Assembly (NCBI GenBank): GCA_918797485.1 | Contig: CAKKNE010000001.1 | Location: forward strand, 372,001 to 436,000 | DNA: 64,000 nt | Direction of reading: 5' to 3' | DNA from: Pelagomonas calceolata | Taxonomy: Eukaryota | Shown here: positions 11,422-22,340 of the stretch, in pieces | How the letters are laid out: each line of letters begins with the position of its first letter | Position numbering within the stretch: the stretch's first letter is position 1 | The notes under the pieces: generated by a model | The model's input: the letters and a program-made list of their open reading frames with translations, nothing else | Databases searched by the model: none | Told to the model about the DNA's origin: nothing | Program-made: the position numbers and the translations under genes

Positions 11422-12162
11422 TCACCGGCGGCCGTACATGGCGATGTGCGCATCAAAAAATTCGATGACGTGCTTCAGCTGCCACTGGCACTTCTTGAAA
11501 TCACGCATCGCCTCCAAGGCGCCGGCCTCGTCGCCGGCTAACCGCCTCTTGACCGCTTCTTGCCGATTGACGCAGATGGCCCGCCGCAGGTCGTCGCGCA
11601 GGTCGTAGGGTCGGGCGCGTCTATGTACATCCACCAACGCGCCGAGCTCGCTCCAGACGTTTCTGTCCAGAGCGGCCACGAGCGCGTCGAACAAGCCTCG
11701 CCGGACGAACTCGTCCGTCGCGTCCGCGAGCTCCGAGCACCGGCCCAATTCCACGGGGCCCAGCGCGCGCCGCTCTTCCAGGCGCACCAGCAGGGCATCG
11801 AGGGCCTCCGTCGTCGGCGGCGGGCTCGACGCGGGCACGGACGTGTTGCTGTCGTCCGAGACCGTCGGTAACGTCTCGTCGGGCGCGGCGCCCGGCGCCG
11901 CGCGCCGCATGTCGTCCGCGCTCACAACTCTTCGCATGTCGTCGGCGCCGCGCAGCCGTCGCCCGTGCTCCTTGCCCTTGGGCGAGCCGTCGAACCGGAC
12001 ACCGGTAGAACCAACGTTCTGGCCCTCCTCCAGATTATTGGAGGACGACACGCGCCGCAGCTTGCGCGTGGACTCCTCCTCGAGCAGCTCGTCGAGCGCG
12101 CTCGACGAGAGCGACACGCGCTTGAGGTAGGCGGCCGCGAGGTGGACGTCGAGCTCGCTCAT
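11422..12162 (-). CDS. Hypothetical protein
   Basis: 246-aa ATG ORF with host-like codon usage, helical C-terminus. Confidence 0.6.
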   Translation of the reverse strand: MSELDVHLAAAYLKRVSLSSSALDELLEEESTRKLRRVSSSNNLEEGQNVGSTGVRFDGSPKGKEHGRRLRGADDMRRVVSADDMRRAAPGAAPDETLPTVSDDSNTSVPASSPPPTTEALDALLVRLEERRALGPVELGRCSELADATDEFVRRGLFDALVAALDRNVWSELGALVDVHRRARPYDLRDDLRRAICVNRQEAVKRRLAGDEAGALEAMRDFKKCQWQLKHVIEFFDAHIAMYGRR

Positions 12163-12787
12163 GGTGTTATGTGCAGGCGGCGGGGCTATTCTATGTTCAA
12201 ATATGTACCGCTGCCGCGTCGCGTCCCAAAAATCGCTCGTTGATCCTCAGAGCTGATTTTTATTGATTTCTACTGCGGCGGCGCGTCTCCGCGCGCGGCA
12301 ATTGCACAGGAGTACCGCTGGGATACTGCGAATGCCCTGATGAGGCGCGCCAGCTATGACAGCCCCGCAGGATGGAGAACCAAAAACGCGCATCCGCCGC
12401 CGGCCAGAGCATCGGTGGCATTGGCCTACGTAGCACGGAATTTGCAGCCTCAAGCCGCGCGAAAGGAACTCCAGCGCTCTTAGGGAGCCCTGAGGAGCCC
12501 TCCTAGACGCGCCGCGAGGGCTGCCAGAGCCAAAGACCAGGGAGAGCCCCATCTTCCAAATTCAAACCGCACGCGTCACGGCCCCAACGAGAGGACGTCC
12601 CGCAGCACTCCGAGCGCTCCCGGGACGCCCCGTCGCCGCGCGGGCGCTGCGCCAAGTCCAAGCCTGGTGGCCTGCAATATTTTAGACAGCCGCACCGAGC
12701 GCGCGCTTGGAGCCGCAGGCTTCGGCCTCTGTCGCGCAAACGCGTCCTCGTGTGACTGGTGGGCACGCCGCGGCGCGCGGTCGGGGC

Positions 12788-14262
12788 ATGGGCGCGCATT
12801 CACGAAGTTTGCTGCTGCTGGTGGCTGCCCCGCTGGCCGTGCAGGCGGCGGGCGGCGTGCGCGCGGCCGCGGGGCTGCGCACGGCGGCGCACCGAGCGGC
12901 CAGAGACGTCGGGGCAGCGAAACGGGCGGGAAACCCGGCAGTGGCCGCCGGCGCGACGACGGCGCCCGCCGCGCGAGAGGCAGCGGCGACGCCGACGCCG
13001 ACGCAGCGCGTCCTCGACGCGATGCGTTTGTCGCTGCAAAGGTGGGATAAAGTAGAGACGAAGCAAGGGGCCCAGGACTACGTCCGCGACATATTGAGCC
13101 CCGCGAAGCGCGGCGCGTTAGGCCGCATTCTCATCTTAAATGGCCGCGTCTTCGCGAACGAAGAAGGCGGCAAGGTCCAACAACATTTAACCATGGTCTC
13201 ACGGCCGTCCGCGAAAGGCATTCCAAAGTAAAAAACGTGGCCTACCTCCACAACTCGGAAGCCGCCCGGGAGCTGCCTCGAGAATAAAAAAGGCGAGCTT
13301 TTGCCAACCACGCTCATCGCAAAAAAGTACTCCTCGAAGGAATGTGGCGTGTTAGTGCCGAACCCCTACTTCGGCGACCTGGACCATTGGTCAAATGTGG
13401 CGCAGCTGTTGGAGGACGCGTCGCGGAAGCACCCCTACTGGAAGCGCGATCCCAGAGCTTCTGGCGCGGCCATATTAGATGGAGGAACAAGGACTGCGAC
13501 CACGAGTCCGGGAATATTGCCCGTTTCTTGGGGACGCTGTTGACCTTGCGCCACCCGGACCAATTTGACGTGAAGGTGCGGCATCTGGAGGCAAGAAAGC
13601 GCATCTGGACGAACGCGACGGCCCTCCATGCGACAAAATGCAAGGACGGCGCCGCAAAGTACCCCTTTCGTATTGATGGCCTAGACGGGCTCGTGCAGCG
13701 CCTCTCGGAGGCCCAGGACGTGAGTTGGGTCAATCCCGTCGACTACGCGCGTTATAAAATCCTGGCGCACTTCCCCGGCGGCACGACGGGGTCCTACAGT
13801 CGGAACCTCAACCACCTCTGGGCCACCGGCTCGACCGTCATGATCTGGGACCACCCGGCCCAGGAGCACTACTATGCTGGTTTAGAAGAAGGTCGAACGC
13901 ACCTCGTCTTCAACGCGACGACCGCCGTCGAGGTCGCGAAACAGATCACGGACAACTACCGCCTCGCGCGCCGCCTCCGGGAAGGCGCCGCGGACGTGCA
14001 GCGGGAGTTGGTCTGCGCCGACTGCCTGCACGGCTTTTTGCTGGAGACGCTGAAAGCGTTCCGGGCGCACTTCTCAACAAATCTCGCGCTCGACGATGTT
14101 GAGACGGCGCGCGCGACGCTGAAAGGGGTCGAGTGCGGGGACTTCGTCGAGTACGTCTCCCACGGGGTTGTGGAGAAGGTTCCCCCCTCAAACGTGAAGG
14201 CGGGCCCGGGCGAGGACCAGTCTTGCGTCGATCTGGTCGCCGCCGCCTTCGCGCCTTCTTGA
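12788..14262 (+). CDS. Glycosyltransferase family 90 (CAP10/POGLUT-like) with ~3 apparent frameshifts
   Basis: Signal peptide; FWRG, DYARYKILAHFPG..SYSRNL..GSTV..EHYYAGLEEGRTHL; frames switch near 13198, 13267, 13458. Confidence 0.75.
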
Positions 14263-14350
14263 ATTCATCTTCCACGGCGCGGCGACCGCGGTTACGTGTC
14301 GCGTCGATGGCGTGGCGGGCGTGTATGTAATTAACTAACTTTGTGACTCC

Positions 14351-15553
14351 TTACTCCGTCCGCGCCCGCTTCCGCGAAGACGGCGCGCGGAACGACGCGC
14401 AGTACATGTCTTTGTTGGGAGACACGTTGCGCACCCAGCGCACGGCGAAGCCCTGTTCGGCAATTTGGGAAGCGTCGCGCGCCGCCGGCGACGGCAGGAG
14501 CTTGTCCGGAATTGGTAATGACGCCCCGACAGCCTTGACACACCGCGCGTGGACGTCGGACATGGCGTCGACATCATTCCTAGACTTCCCGAAGCAGTAG
14601 CAGTGGACGATAGGTGCCTCACCAGTAAAGTCGCGAAACACGTCCAGCAATTCAATTCCAGTGGCAGGTAAGTTGTAGATGCAGTGCGTCGGTCGCCAGT
14701 CCGTTATACTTCTAAGAAAACTCCGCGCGCAGGACGGCTCCGAAATCTGCAGCTGACATTTATTTAACCGGGCGTTCTCCCGCAAAAAATCGATTGCTTT
14801 CGGATTCAAGTCGTTGGCATAGCAAGCGACGCCTCGTTTCGACAAGGGTATAGAAAAGGGCCCGACGCCGCACGTGCAGTCGGCAACTCTAGCGTCCCGC
14901 GGGATCGTCGCAGATAAACGCGCATGCTCCGATTGCAGCCGCGAGTTCCAGTACACGTCCCGCACGTCGAACCTAAATACACAGTCCTGCTCCCTGAGCT
15001 CCACTTGCGTTGAAGGATCTCCTCCTAAAACTTCTAGCTCATAGGTGCGGTACTCCGTAGCGATCTCGCCTACTTTGTTGACCACTGTGCGCACGTTCGC
15101 GACCTTATCCAGCAAAACCTCCCCTATGAGCGCTTTATAAGGATCGTGCTCCGGCCGCAGATTCAAGTGGGCCACATGACCCACATGTTCAAAAGCCGAT
15201 GGTGTTGGTATTGATGCTGGTAGCAGCTTCCGCAGCACTTCCTCGGCCGTGAAGTGGTCGTAGGCCAGCGTAATTTGGTGGGTTGTCGGCTGCGCCTCGC
15301 CCTCGTCCAAAGCTTTCCGCAAGAACTGAGCGGCCTCTTCGGGGAGAGCGGACGCGGGGTCGTCTCGCGGGAGTTGGCGCGACAGCAAGATCTTCTTTTG
15401 TGAAGCGTCGTCTACCGATGCCACAGTTCTATACCGAGGCACGTCCACGAGATGTCTTCTAAGTGCCTTGACGTAGGCGCTCGTGCGCTTGGCCGGCACG
15501 AGTAGCGCGGGCACCTCGTGCGTCTCGCTTATCGCCTCTCTGTTGAAACTCAT
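14351..15553 (-). CDS. TRM5: tRNA (guanine37-N1)-methyltransferase
   Basis: PSAFEHVGHVAHLNL, TVVNKVGEI, VYWNSRLQSEH, GVGPF, ANDLNP, YNLP, VRNVSPNKDMYCASF. Confidence 0.93.
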   Translation of the reverse strand: MSFNREAISETHEVPALLVPAKRTSAYVKALRRHLVDVPRYRTVASVDDASQKKILLSRQLPRDDPASALPEEAAQFLRKALDEGEAQPTTHQITLAYDHFTAEEVLRKLLPASIPTPSAFEHVGHVAHLNLRPEHDPYKALIGEVLLDKVANVRTVVNKVGEIATEYRTYELEVLGGDPSTQVELREQDCVFRFDVRDVYWNSRLQSEHARLSATIPRDARVADCTCGVGPFSIPLSKRGVACYANDLNPKAIDFLRENARLNKCQLQISEPSCARSFLRSITDWRPTHCIYNLPATGIELLDVFRDFTGEAPIVHCYCFGKSRNDVDAMSDVHARCVKAVGASLPIPDKLLPSPAARDASQIAEQGFAVRWVRNVSPNKDMYCASFRAPSSRKRARTE

Positions 15554-15980
15554 GCGGCGCGTGAGTCGCGGGCCGCGCCGCGCGGCGGCGGCGAGGAGGG
15601 CGAGCGCCAGGACCGCCAGGGCCTGGCTGCTCTCTGTGTGGCTGCAGGCTGGAGGCACGCGTTCCGGGCGTGAGCGCTGGCCAATTGTGGCACGTATGCG
15701 ACGAATGCCAGCCTCTGCGCTAGATCTTGGCACCCTGCGCGCGCGCACGAGCCCTAATTGCTGCTCAGTGTGCGCCTCCCTCAGATGCCTGCTGCAGCGG
15801 CCAGCGGTGCGCAATTAATCGCAAACTCGAGACAGGGTTGCGTCAGCGCTCGTATTGGGACACCGCTCGCGGTGACACGCCAGCTCACGGGCTCTCGAGC
15901 CGCGTGCGGTGCACCAAAGGACGCTACTCAGGCGCTGCTATTGCTCACGCCTAACTCGCGCGACGCCGCCGGACGTATCG

Positions 15981-17225
15981 ATGCGCCTCGTCGCGACGGC
16001 GCTGGCCGCGAGCGCGCTGCGGCCGACGCCGACGCTGCAGCCACAAGCGTCGGGCCTCTACGCGCACCTGCCCTTTTGCCGGCGGCGGTGCTTCTACTGC
16101 GACTTTCCAGTGGTGGTCGCCGGCGACGCCGTGAAGGAGGACCGCGTCGCGCACTATGTCTCATTGCTCGAGCGGGAACTATCAAAGCAACCACGGTCCT
16201 CAAAACCACTCGCAACAGTTTACCTCGGGGGCGGCACTCCGTCTCTGGTAGAACCGCGGTTCATCAAGCAATTGCTCGATGCGATTGATGCGAAGCACGG
16301 CATCTCTAGTAAAGCGGAAATTACATTAGAATGCGACCCGGGCACGTTTGATGCGGCCAAACTACAAAAATATGTGGACGCCGGCGTTACACGCGTCTCA
16401 TTGGGTTGCCAATCGTTCGACGATGAAGCGCTGGAGGCGGCGGGCCGGGCGCATCGGAGGCAGGACGCTCTCGATGCTGTGCAGGCGGTGAAGCGTGTTG
16501 GTCCTAGACATGGCTGGAGCCTGGATCTGATTTCCGGGCTGCCCGGGACGACACCAGAAGGTTGGATGGAGACGTTGCACGAGGCTCATTCCTTAAATCC
16601 GCCCCACGTCTCGTCCTACGACCTGCAGGTCGAGGAGGGCACGGCGTTCGGGAAGTGGTACAGTGATGGCGAATCAAATGGCCGGCCACCTTTACCACAA
16701 GACGAAGAATCGGCGGACGCCTACCGCGTTGCTTCCTCATTCTGGCGCTCGCGTGGGTATCTCCACTACGAGGTGTCGTCCTACGCTCGCACTGAAGGTG
16801 AAAAATCACGACATAATTCGGCTTATTGGAAGCCGCGGGCGTCGTGGCTTGGTTTAGGGCTCGGCGCGGCCTCGTCGGAGCAAGGCGCCCGGTTCTCGAG
16901 ACCTCGCAAAATGAAGGATTATGAAGCGTGGGTCGCGGACGGTGCTATCGTACCTGAGTCGTCGCCTCCACACGGTGCCGACGCGCTCGAGGACGAGCTG
17001 CTGACATCGTTGAGGACGGCGGCGGGCATCGACCTGACGCGTGTTCGTGACGTCTACAGTTCGGAATATGAGCGGGCCGTGCGCCGCGGGGCGCAAGAAG
17101 CGATCGAGTTGGGCCTCGCGGTCGTCGAGGGAGAGGTGCTGAAGCTGACGGACCCGGACGGGTTCCTGTTCTCGAACTACGCGCTTGCCGCTGTTTTTGG
17201 AGAGGTGGGGGATGTGTGTGTGTAA
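15981..17225 (+). CDS. hemW: HemN-like radical SAM heme chaperone (HemW/RSAD1-like)
   Basis: YAHLPFCRRRCFYCDF (CxxxCxxC), YLGGGTPS, HYEVSSYA, SRHNSAYW; N-terminal targeting peptide. Confidence 0.9.
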   Translation: MRLVATALAASALRPTPTLQPQASGLYAHLPFCRRRCFYCDFPVVVAGDAVKEDRVAHYVSLLERELSKQPRSSKPLATVYLGGGTPSLVEPRFIKQLLDAIDAKHGISSKAEITLECDPGTFDAAKLQKYVDAGVTRVSLGCQSFDDEALEAAGRAHRRQDALDAVQAVKRVGPRHGWSLDLISGLPGTTPEGWMETLHEAHSLNPPHVSSYDLQVEEGTAFGKWYSDGESNGRPPLPQDEESADAYRVASSFWRSRGYLHYEVSSYARTEGEKSRHNSAYWKPRASWLGLGLGAASSEQGARFSRPRKMKDYEAWVADGAIVPESSPPHGADALEDELLTSLRTAAGIDLTRVRDVYSSEYERAVRRGAQEAIELGLAVVEGEVLKLTDPDGFLFSNYALAAVFGEVGDVCV

Positions 17226-17548
17226 CTTTTTGTGTTTAAAAATTTGAAACCCGTTTATATGAGTTTTGGGCGGGCGGCGGCAATTTAAGCATTTTAGGCG
17301 CAAGCTTGGTCGACGGGCACGCTGGGCTCCAGGGAAGGGGCATCGGTACGTCAGCATCGTCCACAGCCTCTCCTGCCGCGCTGCGCTTCATCTCTGCGCG
17401 ACTCCGAGCCGCATAAGAGCGTCCTTGCACGGGCGCCAATTTGCTGCAAGAGCACGCGCGTAGACGCCGACGCGCCCATTCGCTGCCAGCGCACGCGCGC
17501 ATTTGACCAAGGCACGGAAGCACTGCCGCAAGCGCCCGACGACACACA

Positions 17549-18412
17549 ATGCCGCCCCGCAAGAAACGCTCCGCCTCGGCCCCGCCGAAAGGCTCTGAAG
17601 CCTCGCCCTTAAAGAAGGCCGCCATCGAGGCGATCACCTGTCCGATTACACGCCAATTGGTCGTCGATCCTGTAGTTGCGGAAGATGAAAATACCTACGA
17701 AAGTGCGGCCATCCGCCAGTGGCTCCAGTCCAATTATAGAAGTCCGATGACCAATGAAAGGATGGGCGATCGACTGACGCCGAACAGACACGCGCGGCTG
17801 ATGGTCGAGGCCGCCGTCAAGGAGGGCGCCGTGCCTTCGGAGGACGCGGCCCAGTGGCACATTTCGTCGGCGAAATTATTGGCGTCGGGCGACGTGCCCG
17901 GCGGCATGTCCTCTGCCATAGAGCATCTGCGCGAGGCGCCCAAGACGCCAGAAACTGATCTACTGTTGAGGTGTGCTACTCTACGCACTCAAATGGATTC
18001 GCTGCGAAACGAGGCCGCTTCGCTCGACGTGCAGGGCGTCGACGCCTTCTTTACGATGCCAGCGCAACCTCGGGCGGACGGCTGGCGGCCGCCGGCGGGC
18101 TGGCGGCCGTTGGAACGCTTCGACGATACGTTGGATGGCGCTTTGGTCCGAGTCATACCAGATAGAGACGAATTCCAGCGACTGTGTGAACGACCGGCGC
18201 CGGGCGCCGTCGAGGCTGTGGAATGGTGCGACGACATGGAGGCCATGTGCGGGCGCCACTACGCGATCGAGGCGGTCTACTCCAATTCCTGTGGCTACGA
18301 GCTGACCAAATCAGATACCGATGATACCTTCGCGGTGCCCTTCGACGCGTGCATGTTCGTGTCGCGCGATACCTCTCCGGAATTCCGGGAGCGGTTCGAC
18401 GTGTACATCTGA
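17549..18412 (+). CDS. U-box protein with C-terminal Mind-bomb-like SH3 repeat
   Basis: CPITRQLVVDPVVAEDENTYESAAIRQWL..SPMTN; GALVRVIPDRDEFQRLC..WCDDMEAMCG resembles Mib SH3 repeat. Confidence 0.8.
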   Translation: MPPRKKRSASAPPKGSEASPLKKAAIEAITCPITRQLVVDPVVAEDENTYESAAIRQWLQSNYRSPMTNERMGDRLTPNRHARLMVEAAVKEGAVPSEDAAQWHISSAKLLASGDVPGGMSSAIEHLREAPKTPETDLLLRCATLRTQMDSLRNEAASLDVQGVDAFFTMPAQPRADGWRPPAGWRPLERFDDTLDGALVRVIPDRDEFQRLCERPAPGAVEAVEWCDDMEAMCGRHYAIEAVYSNSCGYELTKSDTDDTFAVPFDACMFVSRDTSPEFRERFDVYI

Positions 18413-18421
18413 GTAACTATC

Positions 18422-19897
18422 TTACACATCTTGATATTTTGTTCGTCGTCGTGGTGGACTCCCGGGAATGACGGGGTGCTTCGCCTGCCCTCGCTCGACG
18501 GTGATGCGCTCGCCGGCCGCGTAGGAGAAAAGAGCCGCAAACACAAAGAACACTGCCGACAGGAGCCATATACTGGCACCATTCAAGAACGTTTCCGTCG
18601 TGTTGAACAACGCCAGATAAATGCCCAATGCTGCAACGGACCCAAGCGTCGCGATCGCGTACAGCGCGCCCTGCAGATGGCCCTGCTTTCCTGGAGCTAT
18701 ATCGGGCGTGAGGAGCGCGAGGATCGCGGGGTACACACCACCGCCCGCCGTCGCGAGGATCGATAGACCGATGGCCGACGCGACCGTCGGTGAGGCCAAG
18801 CCCTCGAGCACACAACCGACCGCCGCGCTGAAGAGCATTAGAGCGATGGACTTCGCGTACCTTAACGACGAAGGGTAGAGTAATCGAGAGCCTATCAAAG
18901 CTCCTACCCCGGGTGAAATGGTGAACACCGCCAGATATACAGCAGCGGCCTGGGCGGACCAGTCGTACTTCGCCTGGCCCCAGAAGACGCACAGGTCCGT
19001 CACTCCTGTTAATGCGAAATATTGTAAGACATAAGAAGCAGTCAAATAGGTCGACCGCGTATCTCGCAACACCATAGCGACTGCTTGGGTTTGCGCCTTA
19101 ACGGCGACCATAGCGGAGTCCAGCGCCTCCGCGTAGGCGAAGGGTTTACTCGACGGCGCCGTCTCCGGCAGGTACGCGTACACAATCAGCGCCCCAACCA
19201 ACTGGAAGAAGCCGCACGACACGATAGCTAACCATGATGGTAATATAGCCCATAAACCATATCCGACACCGTAGCCTACTACTTCACCAGCACCAGCGAC
19301 GAACCATAGGGCCGTGACGGCGACCGCGAGTTCCTGGCGCACTTCCCCATCCAATGTTTCTGAAGCCGGCGTCGCGATGCGACGAAACAACCGCATGATC
19401 AGAATATCGTCCTCGCCGCCCGGCGGGGCTCCGTTGCTCACGCAGTCCACCAGTATTGTGATACTCACGGCCCACGTACAGCTAAAACAGCCCTGGATAA
19501 ATCCAGTAATAGCCCACCAGTACAAGTTCGGCCAGAATAACACCAGGAACACGACCGTGATGAGCATTTGGCACACCACAAAAACCGGCCGTCGCCCGGC
19601 CTGGTCCGTGGCCGCGCCCAGGATAGGCGTGCAGAGGACCTGGCCGATCGAGTACGCCGCCCACTCGGCCGTGGCCACGTTCGCCGCCGCGGCTGTCGAC
19701 ATGAAGAGCGCGAGGTAGAAGGGCGATACTACGGAGTAGGCGCCCCACGCGACCTTGTGCAGGAACTGGCTCGCGTAGACGCACCACCGCGCGTGGCGTA
19801 GCTCTCGTGCTTTTTCGGGCGTCAGTTTGTTATGCCTCGCGCGGTCGTAGGCCTCCTCGACGGAGTCGCCGAGGAGGGCCGCCGCCTCGTCGGCCAT
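18422..19897 (-). CDS. MFS transporter (DHA1/TetA-like)
   Basis: GAATDQAGRRPV motif A, LPET, QGHLQGAL; ~12 TM. Confidence 0.85.
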   Translation of the reverse strand: MADEAAALLGDSVEEAYDRARHNKLTPEKARELRHARWCVYASQFLHKVAWGAYSVVSPFYLALFMSTAAAANVATAEWAAYSIGQVLCTPILGAATDQAGRRPVFVVCQMLITVVFLVLFWPNLYWWAITGFIQGCFSCTWAVSITILVDCVSNGAPPGGEDDILIMRLFRRIATPASETLDGEVRQELAVAVTALWFVAGAGEVVGYGVGYGLWAILPSWLAIVSCGFFQLVGALIVYAYLPETAPSSKPFAYAEALDSAMVAVKAQTQAVAMVLRDTRSTYLTASYVLQYFALTGVTDLCVFWGQAKYDWSAQAAAVYLAVFTISPGVGALIGSRLLYPSSLRYAKSIALMLFSAAVGCVLEGLASPTVASAIGLSILATAGGGVYPAILALLTPDIAPGKQGHLQGALYAIATLGSVAALGIYLALFNTTETFLNGASIWLLSAVFFVFAALFSYAAGERITVERGQAKHPVIPGSPPRRRTKYQDV

Positions 19898-20248
19898 GGC
19901 GTCCTCCCGCTGGGCTACAGAGGGCCCAAGCTGCTCCTAAACAATGATGCGCGGGAGTCGCGTCGACGGCGTGCGGCGGGGCAGCCCCAGGGCCGCGGCG
20001 GATGCTCTTAAACTGCGTTCGAGGCTGCCAGTAGCGTGCCTACGGCAAGCGCTCGTCGCGGAGCGGAGGTGGAAAGCTGCTTTTCTCGTGTGGCTAAATG
20101 GCAGGCAGCCCGTCGTAGGGCCCTTGAGAGGGGTCCATGCGCCCTTCGGAGTTATCTTTAGTCGACTGCAGCTGCGTGCGGGTATCGCGAAGCTTCGGGT
20201 CTCACCATGAGTCAGGCCGCGTGCATCTGCTGCTAAACGCTGCCCAAG

Positions 20249-20968
20249 ATGGCGACCGTTGACCGGGACAATTACAAGCTAGATTCGTGGTGTTTCCACG
20301 TTAAAGACGCCGCGCGTGATGGCCGCACACAATATGTGTTGGAGCAGCTTGAGAGGCACGGCCTGAGAGACACTGCATGTAACATCCTCCTTACGTGCTG
20401 TGCCGCCGGATCAATCAGATCAGACCACGTCGACCTAGCCCGCGCGCTCCTTGACCGGGGAGCGGATCCGAACCTGCGCGGCAGAGCATTGACGCCGCTG
20501 AATTATGCAGCCCGAGGCCTCGGTACTGGCAGCGTCGATATGGTCGCACTCCTCCTCGATGCGGGTGGAAGGGTTGCGACAAACTCTTCGGGCACTTCTC
20601 CACTCGTGTCCGCGATTCGTGGTTTCGAGGCCTCGGAGTGCCATCTCAATTGTCGGAGAATCGTGCAAATGCTACTGCGCGCCGGCGCGCCGCTCTCTGG
20701 GCTAATCGTAGATCAACTCGAGAGAGTTCGCCCCGGGGAAATCTGCGAGCATTTTCTCGCGACCAGACAACTGATCCTCGACGTACACGTAGCCGGGAGC
20801 CCGCGAGCCTACAGGATGCTGCGGCGAAAACAGGTCTTACTCCTACGCAGCCTCGCGCTCAAAGGCCGCGCCGAGCCCCGCGACGCCCGGATGACGTTCC
20901 TCGTGGAGTCCCCAAACGAGATCGCCTGGAAGGTCCTCGAGTACTGGCGCACGGAGCTAGACTGTTAA
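20249..20968 (+). CDS. Ankyrin-repeat protein with C-terminal F-box/SOCS-like helix
   Basis: LLDRGADPN..TPLNYAA, LLLDAGG..SPL repeats; C-terminal SPNEIAWKVLEYW. Confidence 0.8.
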   Translation: MATVDRDNYKLDSWCFHVKDAARDGRTQYVLEQLERHGLRDTACNILLTCCAAGSIRSDHVDLARALLDRGADPNLRGRALTPLNYAARGLGTGSVDMVALLLDAGGRVATNSSGTSPLVSAIRGFEASECHLNCRRIVQMLLRAGAPLSGLIVDQLERVRPGEICEHFLATRQLILDVHVAGSPRAYRMLRRKQVLLLRSLALKGRAEPRDARMTFLVESPNEIAWKVLEYWRTELDC

Positions 20969-20976
20969 CTGTATGT

Positions 20977-22338
20977 TTAGAAGGGCCAGTCCCCCTCCAC
21001 CGCGACCCGCGGTCGCGCCTCCACCGCTGGGGGAGGCGTCGGCGGCGCCGCGTTCTCGTCGACGCAAGCTACTGAAGTCTCCCGCGCCGCGTCCCAGACG
21101 ACGGCCGCGCGCGCGCCCCGCGCCGCCGTCACCAACCGCTGACCGTCGGCGAGGAACGCCAGCGCGTGTGCCTCGTACGCCGCCTCGCCTCTAAATGAAC
21201 CGCGCGCCTCGCCCGCGCCCCTCCGCAGTTCTAGACCGTCGTCGTCGGCCACGGCGACGACGCCCTTCATGTTCGACGCCACGCACCTTCCCTCGGCAAA
21301 GCCGCTGCGCCAGGCCCACGGTTCAGGACCGGGCAGGTCCTCGACCCGAAATAACCGCCGCGTCCGCCGCCCGTCGAGCCGCCAGTAGTCCACAACCCCA
21401 TCATCTCCTCGCGTCCTGAACACTAACCGACGCTTGGCGTCTCTCCCAAAGTCGGCCGCTATCACACAAGCACCGGACCCGCTCCTGAGTGAAGCCAAAG
21501 CTCTTTCTTCGTCTAGGACCACGACGTCGCCTCGGCGAGAACAGGCCGCTATCAGCTTCGAATCCGGCGACGCACTGATCGAAGTCACGGGGCACTTGAA
21601 GACGTTGTGGGTTCGTACGATATCTAGGGACGAGGCGTCCAATATGGAAACGGTGCCCTGGTCACTCCCGACGAACAAGTACCGCCCCTTCTCGTCGTAT
21701 TTTATAGCAGAACCACAACTTTCCAGGGAAGTATGACGCAGTTTTGAGCCCTGGTCCGCGTCCCAGGTGATGACTCTGCTATCGGAACCGCACGTCGCGA
21801 AGACACTTTGTGAAGGGTGCGCCGCGAGGCATCTTATCGTATCAAAATGACCGCTCACGACGACAGCAGCGACCTTCGATTGATCCACAGTCTTCGCCGG
21901 TGAGCGGCAGATACTCTTTTTGTCGTCGGCCCCGGGCACGCAAGTGAGTACGGTACCCCGCTCCGTCGCACATAAAGCGTAGTCGTCCTCAGAATCATCA
22001 ATGAGACAGCACTTGACCACGGTGCCGTTCTTCAACAGCCGGCAGCGCCCCGCGCTCGACAACTGCTCGCCGGCCCACCTTCTGACGCACCCGTCGCTGC
22101 CCGACGTGACCGCAACACATAAAGAGCCCCTTTGGACAGCATCTATAGAAGCCACAGAACCTTCATGGGCCGCGAAGGTTGCCACTTCATGTTTCTCTCG
22201 GAAGACGCGGACGCGCCCATCCGTACCAGCCACTAAACACGTTTTTGCGGAGCGCGGGTCGAAGGCCACGCAAGTAAATGCTGACGGTCTTTTAGCGTTC
22301 GGCGGGAAGCGTGCTTCACTACGTTTGAGACCACCACC
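20977..22338 (-). CDS. EML/EMAP-like WD40 protein, apparently 5'-truncated or interrupted by the tandem array
   Basis: GGGLKRSEARF..FTCVAF, AAHEGSV, SGHFDTIRCLAAHPSQSVFATCGSD; frame open up to the array edge with no ATG. Confidence 0.7.
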   Translation of the reverse strand, partial: GGGLKRSEARFPPNAKRPSAFTCVAFDPRSAKTCLVAGTDGRVRVFREKHEVATFAAHEGSVASIDAVQRGSLCVAVTSGSDGCVRRWAGEQLSSAGRCRLLKNGTVVKCCLIDDSEDDYALCATERGTVLTCVPGADDKKSICRSPAKTVDQSKVAAVVVSGHFDTIRCLAAHPSQSVFATCGSDSRVITWDADQGSKLRHTSLESCGSAIKYDEKGRYLFVGSDQGTVSILDASSLDIVRTHNVFKCPVTSISASPDSKLIAACSRRGDVVVLDEERALASLRSGSGACVIAADFGRDAKRRLVFRTRGDDGVVDYWRLDGRRTRRLFRVEDLPGPEPWAWRSGFAEGRCVASNMKGVVAVADDDGLELRRGAGEARGSFRGEAAYEAHALAFLADGQRLVTAARGARAAVVWDAARETSVACVDENAAPPTPPPAVEARPRVAVEGDWPF

Positions 22339-22340
22339 CT

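Noticed and set aside
13190..13460. Programmed ribosomal frameshifting in the glycosyltransferases
   Set aside because: No slippery heptamer or stimulatory structure; indel error is simpler
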